From Callorhinchus milii (taxonomy: Eukaryota), in NCBI RefSeq assembly GCF_018977255.1, contig NW_024704743.1, forward strand, positions 112,842,001-112,906,000: 64,000 bases of DNA, in the 5' to 3' direction. Position 1 is the stretch's first letter, and each line of letters begins with the position of its first letter. Of this stretch, positions 1-12,862 are shown piece after piece. The notes under the pieces are model-generated. The model was not told the origin of the DNA. It made no database searches and worked only from the letters and a program-made list of their open reading frames with translations. Made by a program: the position numbers and the translations under genes.

Positions 1-2930
1 CTGCTCTCACAGCTTGTTTGGCAAGACAAACAGCACCACAGTGCTAAAGCTCTTCTAATCCTGGACCTCTTAGGTCTTTTGGGAAAGAAAACACAATATT
101 ATATATCAGAAACATTCCTCTTCCAAAGGTAGAAGGAAGCACTTAACAATAATTGTGAGCAGAAAATTGGAGATCTCATCCATATCTAGGATGACAATTT
201 CCTAGCACTTCACCTTCCAATTTGTTAGAGGGGATAGGGACTCATCATTTTCCTCTTCACCCCAGATGGCTTATTTTGCAATTATTCAGAAAGGTCAGAG
301 AGAAGGGCACAAGAATTTTTGTGGTTTCTTTATTAGTGCAATTAATGCAACCAATCTGGATTGCTACTATCACAAATTATTCTTCAGTATCCTCTCCAGG
401 AGTGGTACCATATAAGGTACCCAACAACACAAACCGTATACTTGTTATATATTGATGAAATTTGCAATTTGGTACCTTAATCTCCAGTGAAATCTAGCTG
501 TCTATAAAATAGCCTCTCTTGGAAGAAAAGTGTAGAAGCTATATAACAAGAGTGAGTGATTTTGAAGAATGAAGACTGCTGTAGCTTCTGGTGAGTAATC
601 ATCTTTTTAGTTCAGTCAATTAATTTATGCTGTTTGTTAAGTTTATATATAACTCTTAGCATTGTCTCTGTAAAGCACATCATGAAAGAGAGTATATACA
701 TGCAAGGTTATCTTGTTGCTGCAAATTAGGTTCAGAACAATTTAAATCATTTGGCAAAATTCTGGTGAAATTTCAGAAATGTTTCAGTAATCGCCCAGAA
801 AGAGGGAAGTATTCTTACTTAAGCCTTTTGCATTCTTTGAAAAAGGGAATCTTGTAAGAAACTGCAAATACATTACTTTATTGCACACAATGGTGTAAGT
901 AATTATGTCCAGTAACACATGTACTGTAATAAAATTATCCTTTATACATGACATTGCGATAGTAGTTTTTTTAATAAAACTGTGCTATCCATCACAATGA
1001 GATCTTGTTCCTTTGATTTAGAGCCACGCGGAAATTCTAAATCAGAATGTACTATAAAACTTGATTAATTGGAAGAAGATAAACCTTAAATATCTGATGT
1101 TTTTAAAACCACTCTATGATCTACTCTCACTTGCTTGATCTTCCCTATATAATGGAATATTTTTATTGTAATCTTTAGTTTTGTGGTATTCATTTGTTGA
1201 GACTCCATAGATAAATTGCTTAACCTATCAGGAAAAATCACATAGAGGCGCTTTTACTGAACATCCTATAATATTTGTTATCAGCGCTTTTTAAGAACAC
1301 CTGTACAGGCAGTTTGTTTATTGGTAACCATATGATATCTCTGTTTGGTACTTCCCATCTTTTGCTTCCTGTCCTTTTAGGCAGGAAAGTGAAGATCATA
1401 TCTCTCTGTATTTCTTCTGTCTGTTAAAGGAATCCAAATATCCATGTGATTTTGCTTTTTTTCAACTGGTTAAATTAGTAGCTTTCATAGTATTTGTAAG
1501 TGTATTTAAAAAGAATTGTTATTTACCTAAAGGCAAATATGTGCAATTTAGCTCATAAATAGATGGTATGCTTCAGTTGGTTATGTATTGGTAGACTTCT
1601 TTTATACAAATCTAAATACATACAACTTTGTTTTCCATCTGACCTGACCTGTCGCATAGTTGAACACCTGTTTAGACTTAAATGCAAGCCATATCCATGT
1701 TTCATTATAAAACCAGTTTACTGTACCAGCAACTGTCAGAGAATGATCGATTGCAACCACATTGGGACTATTTAAACTTTTCATTACATCCAGAACAATG
1801 AATGACTGATCCAGTGGCAGATCAGAGGTATCTGTGATCATAAATTGTTGAGGCACGTACAGTCTTCAAATTACCATTGTAATTCAATCCATGACTCTTT
1901 GTGTAAAGTGACAAGGAACTTGTGTTTCTCATTTCTGTAACAAAAATGGTTTATAGTATGTCACAAAACTGTGCAGATGCCAGTAATGTTAAACAATAGG
2001 CATGCGGCATTACTATAATTTTGGAAGTATAATATTTATAGACTAATCTGCTGTGTACACTACAGGAGTAAAGACAAATGTTCCTGTATAATTCATTATA
2101 TCAGAATTTTATTTAAAAGATTGTGCCATAGTTGAATGTATCTTGCTTGTGTAAACTATTTAATATAACAAATGTCAGGAAAAACTTTAGGGAAACGTGA
2201 GCTAGTTTATTTTTTTAACAAAGAGAGTCCCCCCCCCCCCCCATAAAATACAGTAAGACCTTGATTATTATCCTTAGTGGAGGGGTTGCTGAAATTAGAG
2301 GGCAATCAGTTGTCTTTTGGGTTTTGTTAATTTATGACAGAAATCTTTCTGTTGTGTATTCAGGCAGCTTCACACAAAAAAAATGCATGAAAGGCTGCTT
2401 AATAAGATGCATCAAAATATAACTAAGAACAGCGATGACATGTTTAAACAGTTGAAAAATGTCACAGCCATTTACCACAAAGTTCCCAATATTTCACAAG
2501 ACCTACATATAAGAAGTGCAAAAAAGAAAATATCTGAACTGGTTTTTCAAAAATCTCTTTTCAAAACAATTAGAATCTGTTAAATATGACTCCTCCATAA
2601 ATTTGTTATTGTGAATAATTCCTGTGAATTATACAGTCACTCCCTCCTTTCCACCGCAAATTGAAACCCGTGTTTCTCCTGTCTTCTCTCATATTAACTT
2701 TTGTTAGATCTTCCCTCTGGTACTTTTTATGTCTGTTGCTTTACCTGCTCCGAAGTACAATATATTGTGAACATCTAAGCAAATATATACAACACGCCCT
2801 GTATAGGTGAGCAGGACAGCGCTTTGGGACGTCCTCCCAACGTGGAAGGCGCTCTATAAATGCAATCTTGTTGTTGTTGTTGCACATGCACCCAATTCTC
2901 ATACTGGTACTGTTTACGTTCCAGATATTT

Positions 2931-3300
2931 AGTCCTGTAGCTCAGTGGTTAGAGCACTCGCCTTGCAAGCAAGACACCTGGGTTCTATTCCCGGCAGGGT
3001 GAAATGTTGGCCAAGTTTCCTTACTCCACATGCCTCTGTTTACCTAGCAGTAAGTAGGAACCCAGTTGTTAGTTGATTGGCAGATCGCTTTTCCAGGGAT
3101 AATAATCCTTAAAAAAAATAGTAATTTCGTCACTCAATCTACGACCGTTTGTGGGACACTGCTGTGCGTAATTGGCTGCCACGTTTCTCCCACAAATATA
3201 CAGTCAATTCACTTTACAGTCTATTCTGTGAAGTGCTTTGAGACATCTTGAAGATGTGAAAACCACTGTATCAAGTACAAGGATTGTTATTTATTATTAT
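2931..3300 (+). mobile_element. tRNA(Ala)-derived SINE, long subtype
   Basis: A box TAGCTCAGTGG, B-box-like GGTTCTATTCC, anticodon loop CTTGCAA, CORE-like middle, L2-like tail ending in (TTA)n. Confidence 0.9.
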
Positions 3301-3499
3301 AATTCACTTTGCAGAGAATACAGTGGCAGATGACTACAGAGTATAAGAAGAGGTAAGAATCAAAACATAATTAGTGGTTGATTCAGATTTATATCTAATA
3401 TGGAAGAAATCTCAATGCAATTATTTTTATTGCAATTCCAGTTTTATTGCAATTCCCTTTATTTCTTAGCCTTCATTGCTGACTTTTGAACTTGAGGCC

Positions 3500-4070
3500 T
3501 TCCTATCATGGTGTGATGCTAAACGACATAAACTGAAAGTTCCCACTTTCAGTTTCTGGTTTGTACACAGCTTTCCAAATTCAGCAGGAATGATAATTTG
3601 CCTACAAAGATACAGTCACTACGCTTCACAGTATATCTTGTGAAGCACTTTGAGACATCATCCAGGTATGAAAGACAATACTTTATATCAAATGTAAGGA
3701 TTATTATTTGTTATTATAATTGTAGTGATATAATTTGCCTGAGTGTTTCTTAGCTATGAAGGGAGTTATTGGTCAGAGATTCTCAGCAAATGTGCTCCAA
3801 CAACAACTTGCATTTATTTAGCGCCCTTCATGTGGGGTAGCGTCAGGCGGGCTTCAGTGACCACGCTGGAGAGTGTGTGTGTGTGTGGGGGGGCGGGTCG
3901 TGGATAGGAGAGGAGAAATAGGACTAAGCTTGACTGAATATCCTGTTGATGAATATTATCCAAACTCATTGAAAAAGAATGACACTTGAGAAAGATTACC
4001 AGAGAGGTCCTGGTGTCATTGGATTCTTAACCCAGCAAGAGCCACTACATTAAGGAGAAGAATATTAAAG
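3500..4070 (+). mobile_element. Old degenerate SINE-like repeat interrupted by short SINE/L2 tail insertions
   Basis: Shares the segment aagaatgacacttgagaaag...cccagcaagagcc with 16190-16290 (+) and 34965-35060 (-). The tail insert at about 3604-3720 is flanked by duplicated ATAATTTGCCT (3593-3603, 3730-3740). Confidence 0.45.
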
Positions 4071-5029
4071 GGAGAAAGTTTTTTTGGTGGATGGTGAGGA
4101 GAGTAGAAGTGCTGGGATAATGGCTTTTAAAGTGTTTTGTTCCTGTGGTACAGTTGATATAGTTTTTCTGTGATGGCCCAAAGGTTAAATATCTCTGTGT
4201 CATTGTCTCACTTGTAGAATGGATGTTGTACTCAAGTGTGTCATCTCCTTTGAGAAAGGAAGGAAGAACATTGATAAGAGAGAAGAAACTAGGGTACTTC
4301 AGAGGAGATTTTGTGATGATTTTATTGGTTACAAGAGAGGGTGAAAGTGAATCTCATTCCCTATTCAGGTCCTTGCTGCTCTTTGTTTGCATGCAGAGCA
4401 CCTACAAGTACCAACAGCAGGTCTGATGTGCATCTAGGGTTTCATCCTTTAGTCAATAAAATAGAAAATGTTTTTTAGGGCTGAATGAGCAGAAACAGAA
4501 ATTCTGATTAACAATGGGTAAGAACCATTTTGGTAATTGTTCTAGCCCTTTATAAGGTATGCTGTGCTACTTCTTTAATGTTCCTTTTAGCGCTCTCAAA
4601 AATGAAAACAATTATTAAATGAGCTGACATTGAAGGTCAATTTAATTTTTTAAATTGTCACATCTGATTTCAGATTTATGAAAGTTTTAGTGTAATTGTA
4701 GAATGAAAAGAAAACTAGATTGAACAGAAAAATTGCACGATTCTGAATTGTACTCTACTTGAATGCTTTACAGGCTTAGTTTTAACTTTTATGGTTATTT
4801 TCTGAATAATATCTCTAAAGAACAAAGTGAGTTTTGTATGGGGATCTGAGTAACATTCTATTTTCATTTTTCATCAGTATAGCATTTGTTAAATGTTACA
4901 ATTGCACATTTATCCTGCATCTTGCATATTATTCAAGTGTATTGTATAATAATTCTGTATTGGCTACTTTGGAAAGGTTACCAGACCACTTAACAAATAC
5001 ATCGAAGGGAAGCACGAGATTTAAAGATG

Positions 5030-5400
5030 TTGACTGAAGGCACTGTTGAAAGGACATGTTTTAGAGATAGCAAGGCATAGAGTTTTGGGTGAAAGTTCAA
5101 GAGGGTCTGGGAAGCTTAAGACTCTGGCACTGGTAGTTGAGGAAAGGGAGAACAGAGCGAGCAATTGACTGGAGTTGAAAGACCAGAGGTTACGAATTGA
5201 AATGTACGGTTAAAGGAAATTGCATAGGTAGGGTAAAGAGAGATTATTGAGGGATTTGAAGAACAGGCAAGGATTTTAAACTTGAACCTCAAAGGTACTG
5301 GGAACCAATTGAGCTTGGAAATGAAGTGGTTAATGTCAGTGCAAAACCTCTGCAGAGGCCATTGAAAGCATTGGAAAATATTTCCTTAAGGCGACAAAGA
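5030..5400 (-). mobile_element. Old L2 LINE 3' fragment
   Basis: Degenerate match to the 3' ORF2 region of the younger L2 copies (gagggatttgaagaacaggcaaggattttaaacttgaacc...ggaaccaatt). Confidence 0.55.
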
Positions 5401-5524
5401 TATATCTGGCGTATGTGGAAATCCATCAAAGTGCTTAATATTATCCAAACCAGACAGAATTCTACATATGTATGGCCCCTTTGAATGAAAATTTCCCTTT
5501 GTCAGCAATTGAATATGCTCCCTC

Positions 5525-5960
5525 TTCCAGGAGAGACGCATCCTGCTTACTAAATTCCAGAAAGTATTAGGTGCACGTTAGTGAGAGCCAAGGCCTAGGA
5601 GCTCCAGAGTGCGAGTTAGTTTAACCAGCTAAAACCTTATAACTTGCCATTGCGAACATTTTGTCTTGCAAGGTTAACAATGGCAAGCTAATTGCTTTTA
5701 ACTGGTCAGACTCCAGCAGTACTCCAACGCACACTCTGGGTTTCCCAAGCCTTAGCTCATTCTAACCTGCATCTGTTACTTTCCAGAATTAGGTAAGTAG
5801 GATACGTCGCTCCAGGGAGAGAGTGCGCATTCCATTCCAACAATCTATCTCTGGAATTTTCATGTGTAGTTGGGATGCATGGAATTCTCAGTTTGGTTTG
5901 GATACTCTTAAGTATGGTGATGGGTTTCCACATGTGTCAGATACCCGGCTGACAAAAAAA
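5525..5960. repeat. Fold-back (head-to-head) pair of unclassified repeat family X
   Basis: 5525-5678 is the reverse complement of the family segment read forward at 5678-5825. The forward arm continues to ...gatacccggctgac plus an A-run. Confidence 0.85.
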
Positions 5961-6049
5961 AATGTTAATTTGTTAGTAAACACACATAAAGTTCTCTCAC
6001 ACCAATTTCTCAAGTAGAGTGTGCCATTGCAAGGAATTACTGTATCGAA

Positions 6050-6390
6050 GAAGGCATTACTGATGATAGATCATGCTCTGAACTTTTTCAAGGGCCTTAT
6101 GTCACTGTGACCAGAACAGTACATAGTACTTAAGTGTCGCCTGACTAGAGCATTATACAACTTGAACTTGTAGAGATCTGAACGCAGCTGATTTGGCAAT
6201 GGAACAAGAGTCCTATTGTTTTTCTTTATTGCATCCTCACAATATTTGAACTTGGTAAGGGAAGGTCAGATAAACAATCCTAGCTCTCTTTCTTCTTCCA
6301 TTTGTCAAGTTCTTTCTCAGCCATGGAATACACATGCCTCCTATTGTTATATCCTACATGTAATATGGTTGAACTTCACCATGTGCGCAT
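6050..6390 (-). mobile_element. Old CR1 LINE fragment (RT C-terminal region)
   Basis: Minus strand reads LYNALVRRHL, resembling CR1 LYxxLVRPHLEY. Confidence 0.55.
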
Positions 6391-7076
6391 CACAAGAATG
6401 AGGGCAACTCACTATTCAGGCATCTTTTTCACAGTCTGTTTTTTCACTAGAAATGATGGGTGCCCAAAATACCAATGAGGGCACCTCATTAAAAGGGGCA
6501 AAATAGACCAGTCTATTGATTTGTCCTCAAGCACTTTTCTTATCCTCTGGACCCTGAGCCAAGGTGGCAAAAAAGACTGTTGTTGTAACTGTTGGCTGTT
6601 GAGTAACACCTACTTGGAAGTCGATGTATTTTGGAGATCTCGTAAGAACAACTTTGCTGGGATATCCCTCACAATCAGATAGCTTGTTGAATTTGCCAGA
6701 TGTAGTGTGGTCACTTGGGTGAGGTACTGGCTTTCATGGAACCATTCCAGAGGCAGTGGTGGAAGGGCTTGGGATTGTCAAGTAAATTGGGGGGGTGACA
6801 AAAACCATAAAACATCCATCTGTATGTTTAAAAATGTTGTCGGGCTCAAATGGAACTTCTGAACTAGGCTGCACGGGGTGTTAGGCATCGGAAACAACAA
6901 CAAAACAACAACAAAATTCCATTTTTATAGCGCCTTTCACGTTGGGAGGAGGTCCTAAGACGCCCCAAATCACTGAAGCGCTTGGGAACCATTCACATGG
7001 GACCTTGGGAAATTTCCTGAATTCCCATATATCCAGTCACCAGTGGTCGAAGTCTTCAAAACAAAAGGGAAGAAAA

Positions 7077-7449
7077 TAAATAATAATAACAAATCTTGCA
7101 TTTGATATAGTGCCTTGTCATGACTTCAAGACGTTTCAAACGCTTCACGTAATATACTGGAAAGAAAATTAACTGTATTTTGTGGGCAAAACGCGGCAGC
7201 AAATTGCGCATAGCAGTGTTGGACAAACAGTCATGGATTGAAGTGACCCAATTTATTATTATTAACTTTTTTTTTGAAGGTATTATCCCGGAAAAGCTAT
7301 CCGCCAATCGACTATAACAGCCGGATTCTTGCTTACTAATAGGTAAACAGCCGTGTGGAGTACGGAAACTTGTCCAACATTTCTCCCTGTTGGGAATTGA
7401 ACCCAGGTCTCTCGCTTGCGAGGCGAGTGCTCTAACCACTAAGCTATAG
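7077..7449 (-). mobile_element. tRNA(Ala)-derived SINE, long subtype
   Basis: Reverse complement of the family seen at 2931 and 16482. Confidence 0.9.
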
Positions 7450-9739
7450 TTTGTTTATTCATAGTTATTAATATAGTTCGCTGGGATACTCATGGTTCAT
7501 ATTCCTGAATTCTACTGTGTTATCAAAATCTACGTCAAAAAATTGTGAATGCCCTATTCTTTTCTGTCTAGTTGGAGCTAAATTAGGTAAGAGCTTTGTT
7601 TGAGGTTTCTTGATACTCACGTACCTGACCCAACATTGCAAGCATTCCAGTGATGTCATGGGTCTAATTTGGTGTTGGGCGGTGACAGTTTTAACTAAGA
7701 TACTATTGTCATGATGACTTTAAGAAAGTACCTTCCCTCTAGGGAATGTGAAACCATACCAGAAAGAATAGCTGACTGTTTCTGTCTTGTGCCTTATGAT
7801 GTAACGGAAATATTGTAATCAGGAAATTTAAATCCTAAAAGTCAAGTAAGGTGCAGAAGGAATTTGGGAGTGGAAAAAAAAACAAGGTGAGCCAAGGAAA
7901 GACAGAAGTATTTTAGAAGTATTTTTATAAAAAGTATTGTTTGTGCTACTATTGTAAATGAATTTGCATTTACTGTAGCCACATTGATTTTGTTTTCCTG
8001 ACAAATCATAACTTTCAAATGCCCAACAACTATTTTACTTGTTGTCAGGTGCTTACTTTGCAATTTTCTTACTATGCCATTTCTCAACTGCAGCCTTGGG
8101 GAAATTAAATGAATTGAAACAGATATACTGAAGTGTACTTGTATCTAAGTCAGAAAACCTTTAGTTTTTCCATCTAATACTTTCAATTATGAGCTACAGA
8201 CATGCAGCAGAATGATGCAGTTTCCAGCTAATTTTCCAGGTCTGTGGAAAGCAGAGAAAGAGATGCGCTCCTGTTTTACAATCAATAAATAGAGATGTTG
8301 CCAAGGAGATTAAAATGTCCTAACTTCATTACTGCCAAATCATTTCCCTCATGGGCACCACAGCACCAAATAATTCATCCTTATTTAGAGGTTATGTCAA
8401 GTTGACCTTTTCTACATCTGTTAATTTTTTCTTCAGCCATTTTAGCAGTTTTGATTTCTCTGAGAATCTTGGCAGCCATTTTAGAACAGCCAGGAAATAT
8501 TGGGATATATGGTGTCCCAAAAGAATCCTCGTTTTGTCATTTTCTTGATATTTAATTTTTGGGATTGCATTAGCCTGTTAAATACATGAATTCTCACTCA
8601 TGAATATTGATGCTCCTCAGAGATCTGGTAGTAGCAGTTAATGTCGTACTGCTGCAATACCTGTTTTCCTTCACTAGATGTTCCATGTGAGTCACTTAAA
8701 CAATAAGGCTCTTTGCCGCATCAAATAATTCCAACCAACTACTACTCATTTAGAACATATCTGTTGAATGCTCCAATTTGTTCAAGGTCTGGCTCAAGAC
8801 CTATTGTGGATCCTATATGTAATATGTTGAATTTGTCCACAACTGAAAGAATCTGTAAATATATTCTTAAAGGGTTCAATGAAAATACATAGGTTGAAAA
8901 GGGAAAATTGTTCAAACAAAGTCTAGAGGGTCAGGAACGAGACAACAAACTTCAGAATGGCAAAGATCCTTCACCTCTTCCTTTCACTAGCATTATATGA
9001 GGAACAAGAGATGTTTGCCGATTGAGGTAAGTTTGTCATCATCTTCTGTATCATCACAAATGACATATTAACATTTTTAACAATGCAGTGAATGGAGTGC
9101 AGCCCAAACAAATATCTTTTCGTCTAACCTGTTTTTCATAATTGTACCATTATGTACACCTGGGAGGAGATGAAGTTGGGAGTATTTTTTTCTGGATATA
9201 ACTACATCTGGAACAACTGCCTTATGTGGTAGTCAAAGCTGCCTTTGCCATGCATCCCCCTGAAACATTGAAATTCAAGCAACCTTCTTACGACTATAAA
9301 ACTGACACAGTGTTACTTTATAATATAGTCACCAACACTTCAACAAATGTGCCTGAACCGCAAATATTGGTAATTGAAATGTGGTTATGGGTGGTGCTGA
9401 AGAAGCCTCAATTAAGAATGTGTTAATGCATCAACGATATGCAGTAATTTAGTGTTGAGCCATGAAACAAATCCTGGAGAATATAAAATATGCCCTCTTT
9501 TATCATTTTGCCTACGAATCACAGTCACTACACTTTAAACTGTGCAGCGTTGAGAATTTTGATGATGTGATAAATTACTGTGTCAAATGCAAGAATTTGT
9601 AGTATTGTTACTTAGTTGTTTGGCTCTAGAATGTAAACAATGCAGTTTGCTTTTGATAATCATTCAGACATCCTATGGGTATTGTGTCATTCATGGTGCA
9701 AGAAATCTATACAGGAATGGGATAACGCTATCTTCCTTG

Positions 9740-10030
9740 TGTAGGAGATGAGGAGGGTCTCCTTGGAGTTGAACTGGCTCAAGGTGACATGCTTGGCAAC
9801 GGAATCGAGTCAACCCTCCGTGGCTGTCTCAGTTAATTTCTTTATGGGCCAGTCAGATCCGCAGTATTCTAGACCAGGCAACCTGGCTCATCAGCAGAAC
9901 ATGGAAGGGCAGACCAATCACTGGGAGCAGGAATACTTCTTGCTTGGTTCTTGTTAACCCTGTAAGTCAAAGCCCTAATGGGTAGGGTTGTCCAAGCTGG
10001 ACAAGCAGCAAGAAGCTTCCAAGACATGGG
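9740..10030 (+). repeat. Family X copy (5' half)
   Basis: gggtctccttggagttgaactggctcaaggtgacatgcttggcaa...gttaaccctgtaagtcaaagcccta matches the reverse complement of 35960-36215. Confidence 0.8.
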
Positions 10031-11746
10031 ATAATGGTCACATTCTTAACTAATCACTTAGTGAGAAGTATGCACTTTTAATGAAACTTGTGTTTAATCA
10101 TTTAAACATTGCTAAGCAGAAATTTACCATGTAAAGAATATTTCAGAGGTTCCTGATATTGTTGCTACTGTGCAAAAATCATCTGCACTGTGCCCTGCTC
10201 AATACTTGGCTATGAGTTACTTAAAAATCGTTTACAGTGAAACTCTGATAACTCATCACCCAAAGGGAAATAGCTCAATGATTTCTTAACAGAGTTGACT
10301 AGTTATCCAAAGACTGTATCTAGAAAGTACTTGAATAGCCAGGATATTGAGGGAGTGATTAGGTATGTAGGGGTTGACTACTTATCCCAGGGGATAGTTA
10401 TCAAGGTTTCATTGGAGAATATGAAATATTTAATACATAATTTTTTTTCTGTATCGCTCAAGTCAACATTTAATTGCAGCCAATTATGCTGTTTATGCAA
10501 CTATTGAATTAAGCAATCGTTACCTCTTTATTGAATGAGATTTCCATGGTGAACTAACTGTTCACATTAACACGGGATATAATTGTCACTTAATTCAGTA
10601 GCCAGAATTGACTTAAATGAACCATTGACTTGACTGATACAAAAAATTCTAGGCTCCAATGCATTCTTTATATTACTTCAAAGAAATATCATGTCCAGCA
10701 ATTGAGCTATTTGGGGTGAGCAACCTGAGTTACATTTTCCACTCTTAATCACATTGCTCTAGGCTCAAGGAGAGATTGAACTTTTAATATAACTAAAGAG
10801 ATGCTTGCACAATCTGCTCTTTAATAGCATTCAACAATAGTGGTTTGAAAATTCCAGAGCCATCTATGGAACTGCTAAAGAACCTTTAAAAGTCTGCTTT
10901 ATAACAAAGATAGAATTTATTTGAGCCCATTATGCTTATGTGGCTAAATCAATGTATTGCCGAAACTACACTGAGATGTGTTTTGCTATCTGACTGCTCA
11001 ATCCTATTTATACAGTACTGAACTTTTTGCAGGCTGTGAAAGGCACATTCTTAAAACATCTTTAAACTCTTTTCATACTAAATGAATCATGTGAAAGTAT
11101 TATTTCTTTCTTGTAGGTTATTTGGAGATTGTGTGTGTTTCCATGGTAGTAAAGCTTTGCAGCTATTCCATGCAAATGAATGTAAAGGTATTATAAATCA
11201 TATACTCCCGTCTTTTACCATTTGTAACCATACATTTACTTGTTGTGCCCCTTCACTTAAGTTTCTCAATATAAAAAGTATTAAACTGTGTTGAGAAATA
11301 TTGCTAATTAGGAAATTGATGTGGCCCCAAAGCGATAAAGTGAAATTAATTAATGTCACAGAGAGTTCTGCTGATCTGAGTGTTTCTTGCTGACCAGCTC
11401 CTTTTAAACTCATTCAGCAAAAAATAATCAATGAAATATGACTGAATATAAATTAAATCAATATGATCAAGTCTTTCCTGCATACAGCTTTTCTGCCTCA
11501 GCACCCCGGAAACTAAGAGATAATGAAAACAATCCCCTGAAAAGAAATTAGAAAAAGATATTCTAATCTTTTTATCTTTATGATAGTGGGATTTGAGGAA
11601 GAGGCATTGATAAAATCCCAAACCTGACCAAAAAAGGGAATGAAAATTCTTTCTTCTTCTCCCTGAAAGAAATATGGACCCAGGAACTAAGCTCCTAAGC
11701 TTATGCCCTGGCTATGATACTAAGCAGCTCGTTTATTCTTACATAA

Positions 11747-12062
11747 GGAGTCCTTTAGCTCAGTGGTTAGAGCACTCGCCTTGCAAGCGAGACACTTGGG
11801 TTCAATTCCAGGCAGGGCGAAACCTTGGGCAAGTTTCCTTACTCCACACGCCTAATAATAATCCCTCAAAACAAAACAATAATAAATTGGTCATTTTCAA
11901 TCCACGACTGTTTGTGGGACACTGCTGTGTGCAATTGGCTGCTGCTTTTCGCCCACAAATATACGGTCAATTCACTTTACAGCATATTCTGTGAAGCACT
12001 TTGAGACGTCTAGTAGACGTGAAAAGCGCTATATCAAATGCAAGGGTTATTATTATTATTTA
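11747..12062 (+). mobile_element. tRNA(Ala)-derived SINE, short subtype
   Basis: Full head with A/B boxes; lacks the about 65-nt ctctgtttacctagcag... segment; (TTA)n tail. Confidence 0.92.
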
Positions 12063-12557
12063 TTTCGGCAAAGTTATTTGGAGGTATTGAATACTATAGG
12101 CCACCTGGGTTTGTGTTTGTCACTAAATTTCTACTTAGAAGCCAATTGTTTTCAGGGCACTAAGAGCAATCTTTGCTTGCAATCTGACTTCATGGAAGTA
12201 GAAACTGAAATAAGTACATGAGTGGTGTTCCAGTGGCTTGGCCTATGATACATGATACAGACAGAATGCGCTGAGTATCGACTTCTGTGCAGAGAGTCTC
12301 TCACTTTCTACATCCAAGTGCCTGCAGCATTCACTGTATATTAATCTTTCTTCATGGACTACATGGGTACTAGAATATTGGCGTTGGGGATTATTCTATG
12401 CAGCACACATAGGCCTTTGCCTATGCAGTCGGGCCACATATTTGTTTAGGGGTATACATATCTGCAGTTATATGGAAGTGCATAATATCCTCCTCCTATG
12501 CTATCTGTTTGCCACGTGGATCATATCTAAGAAATTGGAGACCATATAAATATAACA

Positions 12558-12862
12558 TACAACAACAAGAAAATTACATTTGTATAGCGCCTTTCACGTT
12601 GGGAGGACGTCCCAAAGCGCTTCACAGAACACACTGTAAAGTGAATTGACTGTATATTTGTGGGCGAACGTGGCAGCCAATTGCGCACAGCAATGTCCCA
12701 CAAACAGTCGTAGTCAATGTATTATTGTTTTTTGTTTTGGAGGGATTATTATTAGGAGTGTGGAGTAAGGAAACTTGCCCAAGGTTTCGCCTTCCCTGGA
12801 ATTGATCTCAGGTCTCTCACTTGCAAAGCGAGTGCTCTAACCACTGAGCTACAGGACTCCAC
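12558..12862 (-). mobile_element. tRNA(Ala)-derived SINE, short subtype with an L2-type (TTG)n tail
   Basis: Head at 12862. The tail gggacgtcctcccaacgtgaaaggcgctatacaaatgtaat...ttgttg is nearly the same as the L2 3' end at 42885-42945. Confidence 0.9.

Noticed and set aside
1350..1501. Strong pyrimidine tract and AG at 1380, with a possible donor at 1496
   Set aside because: No Staufen-like coding and weak donor context; indistinguishable from a pseudo-exon.
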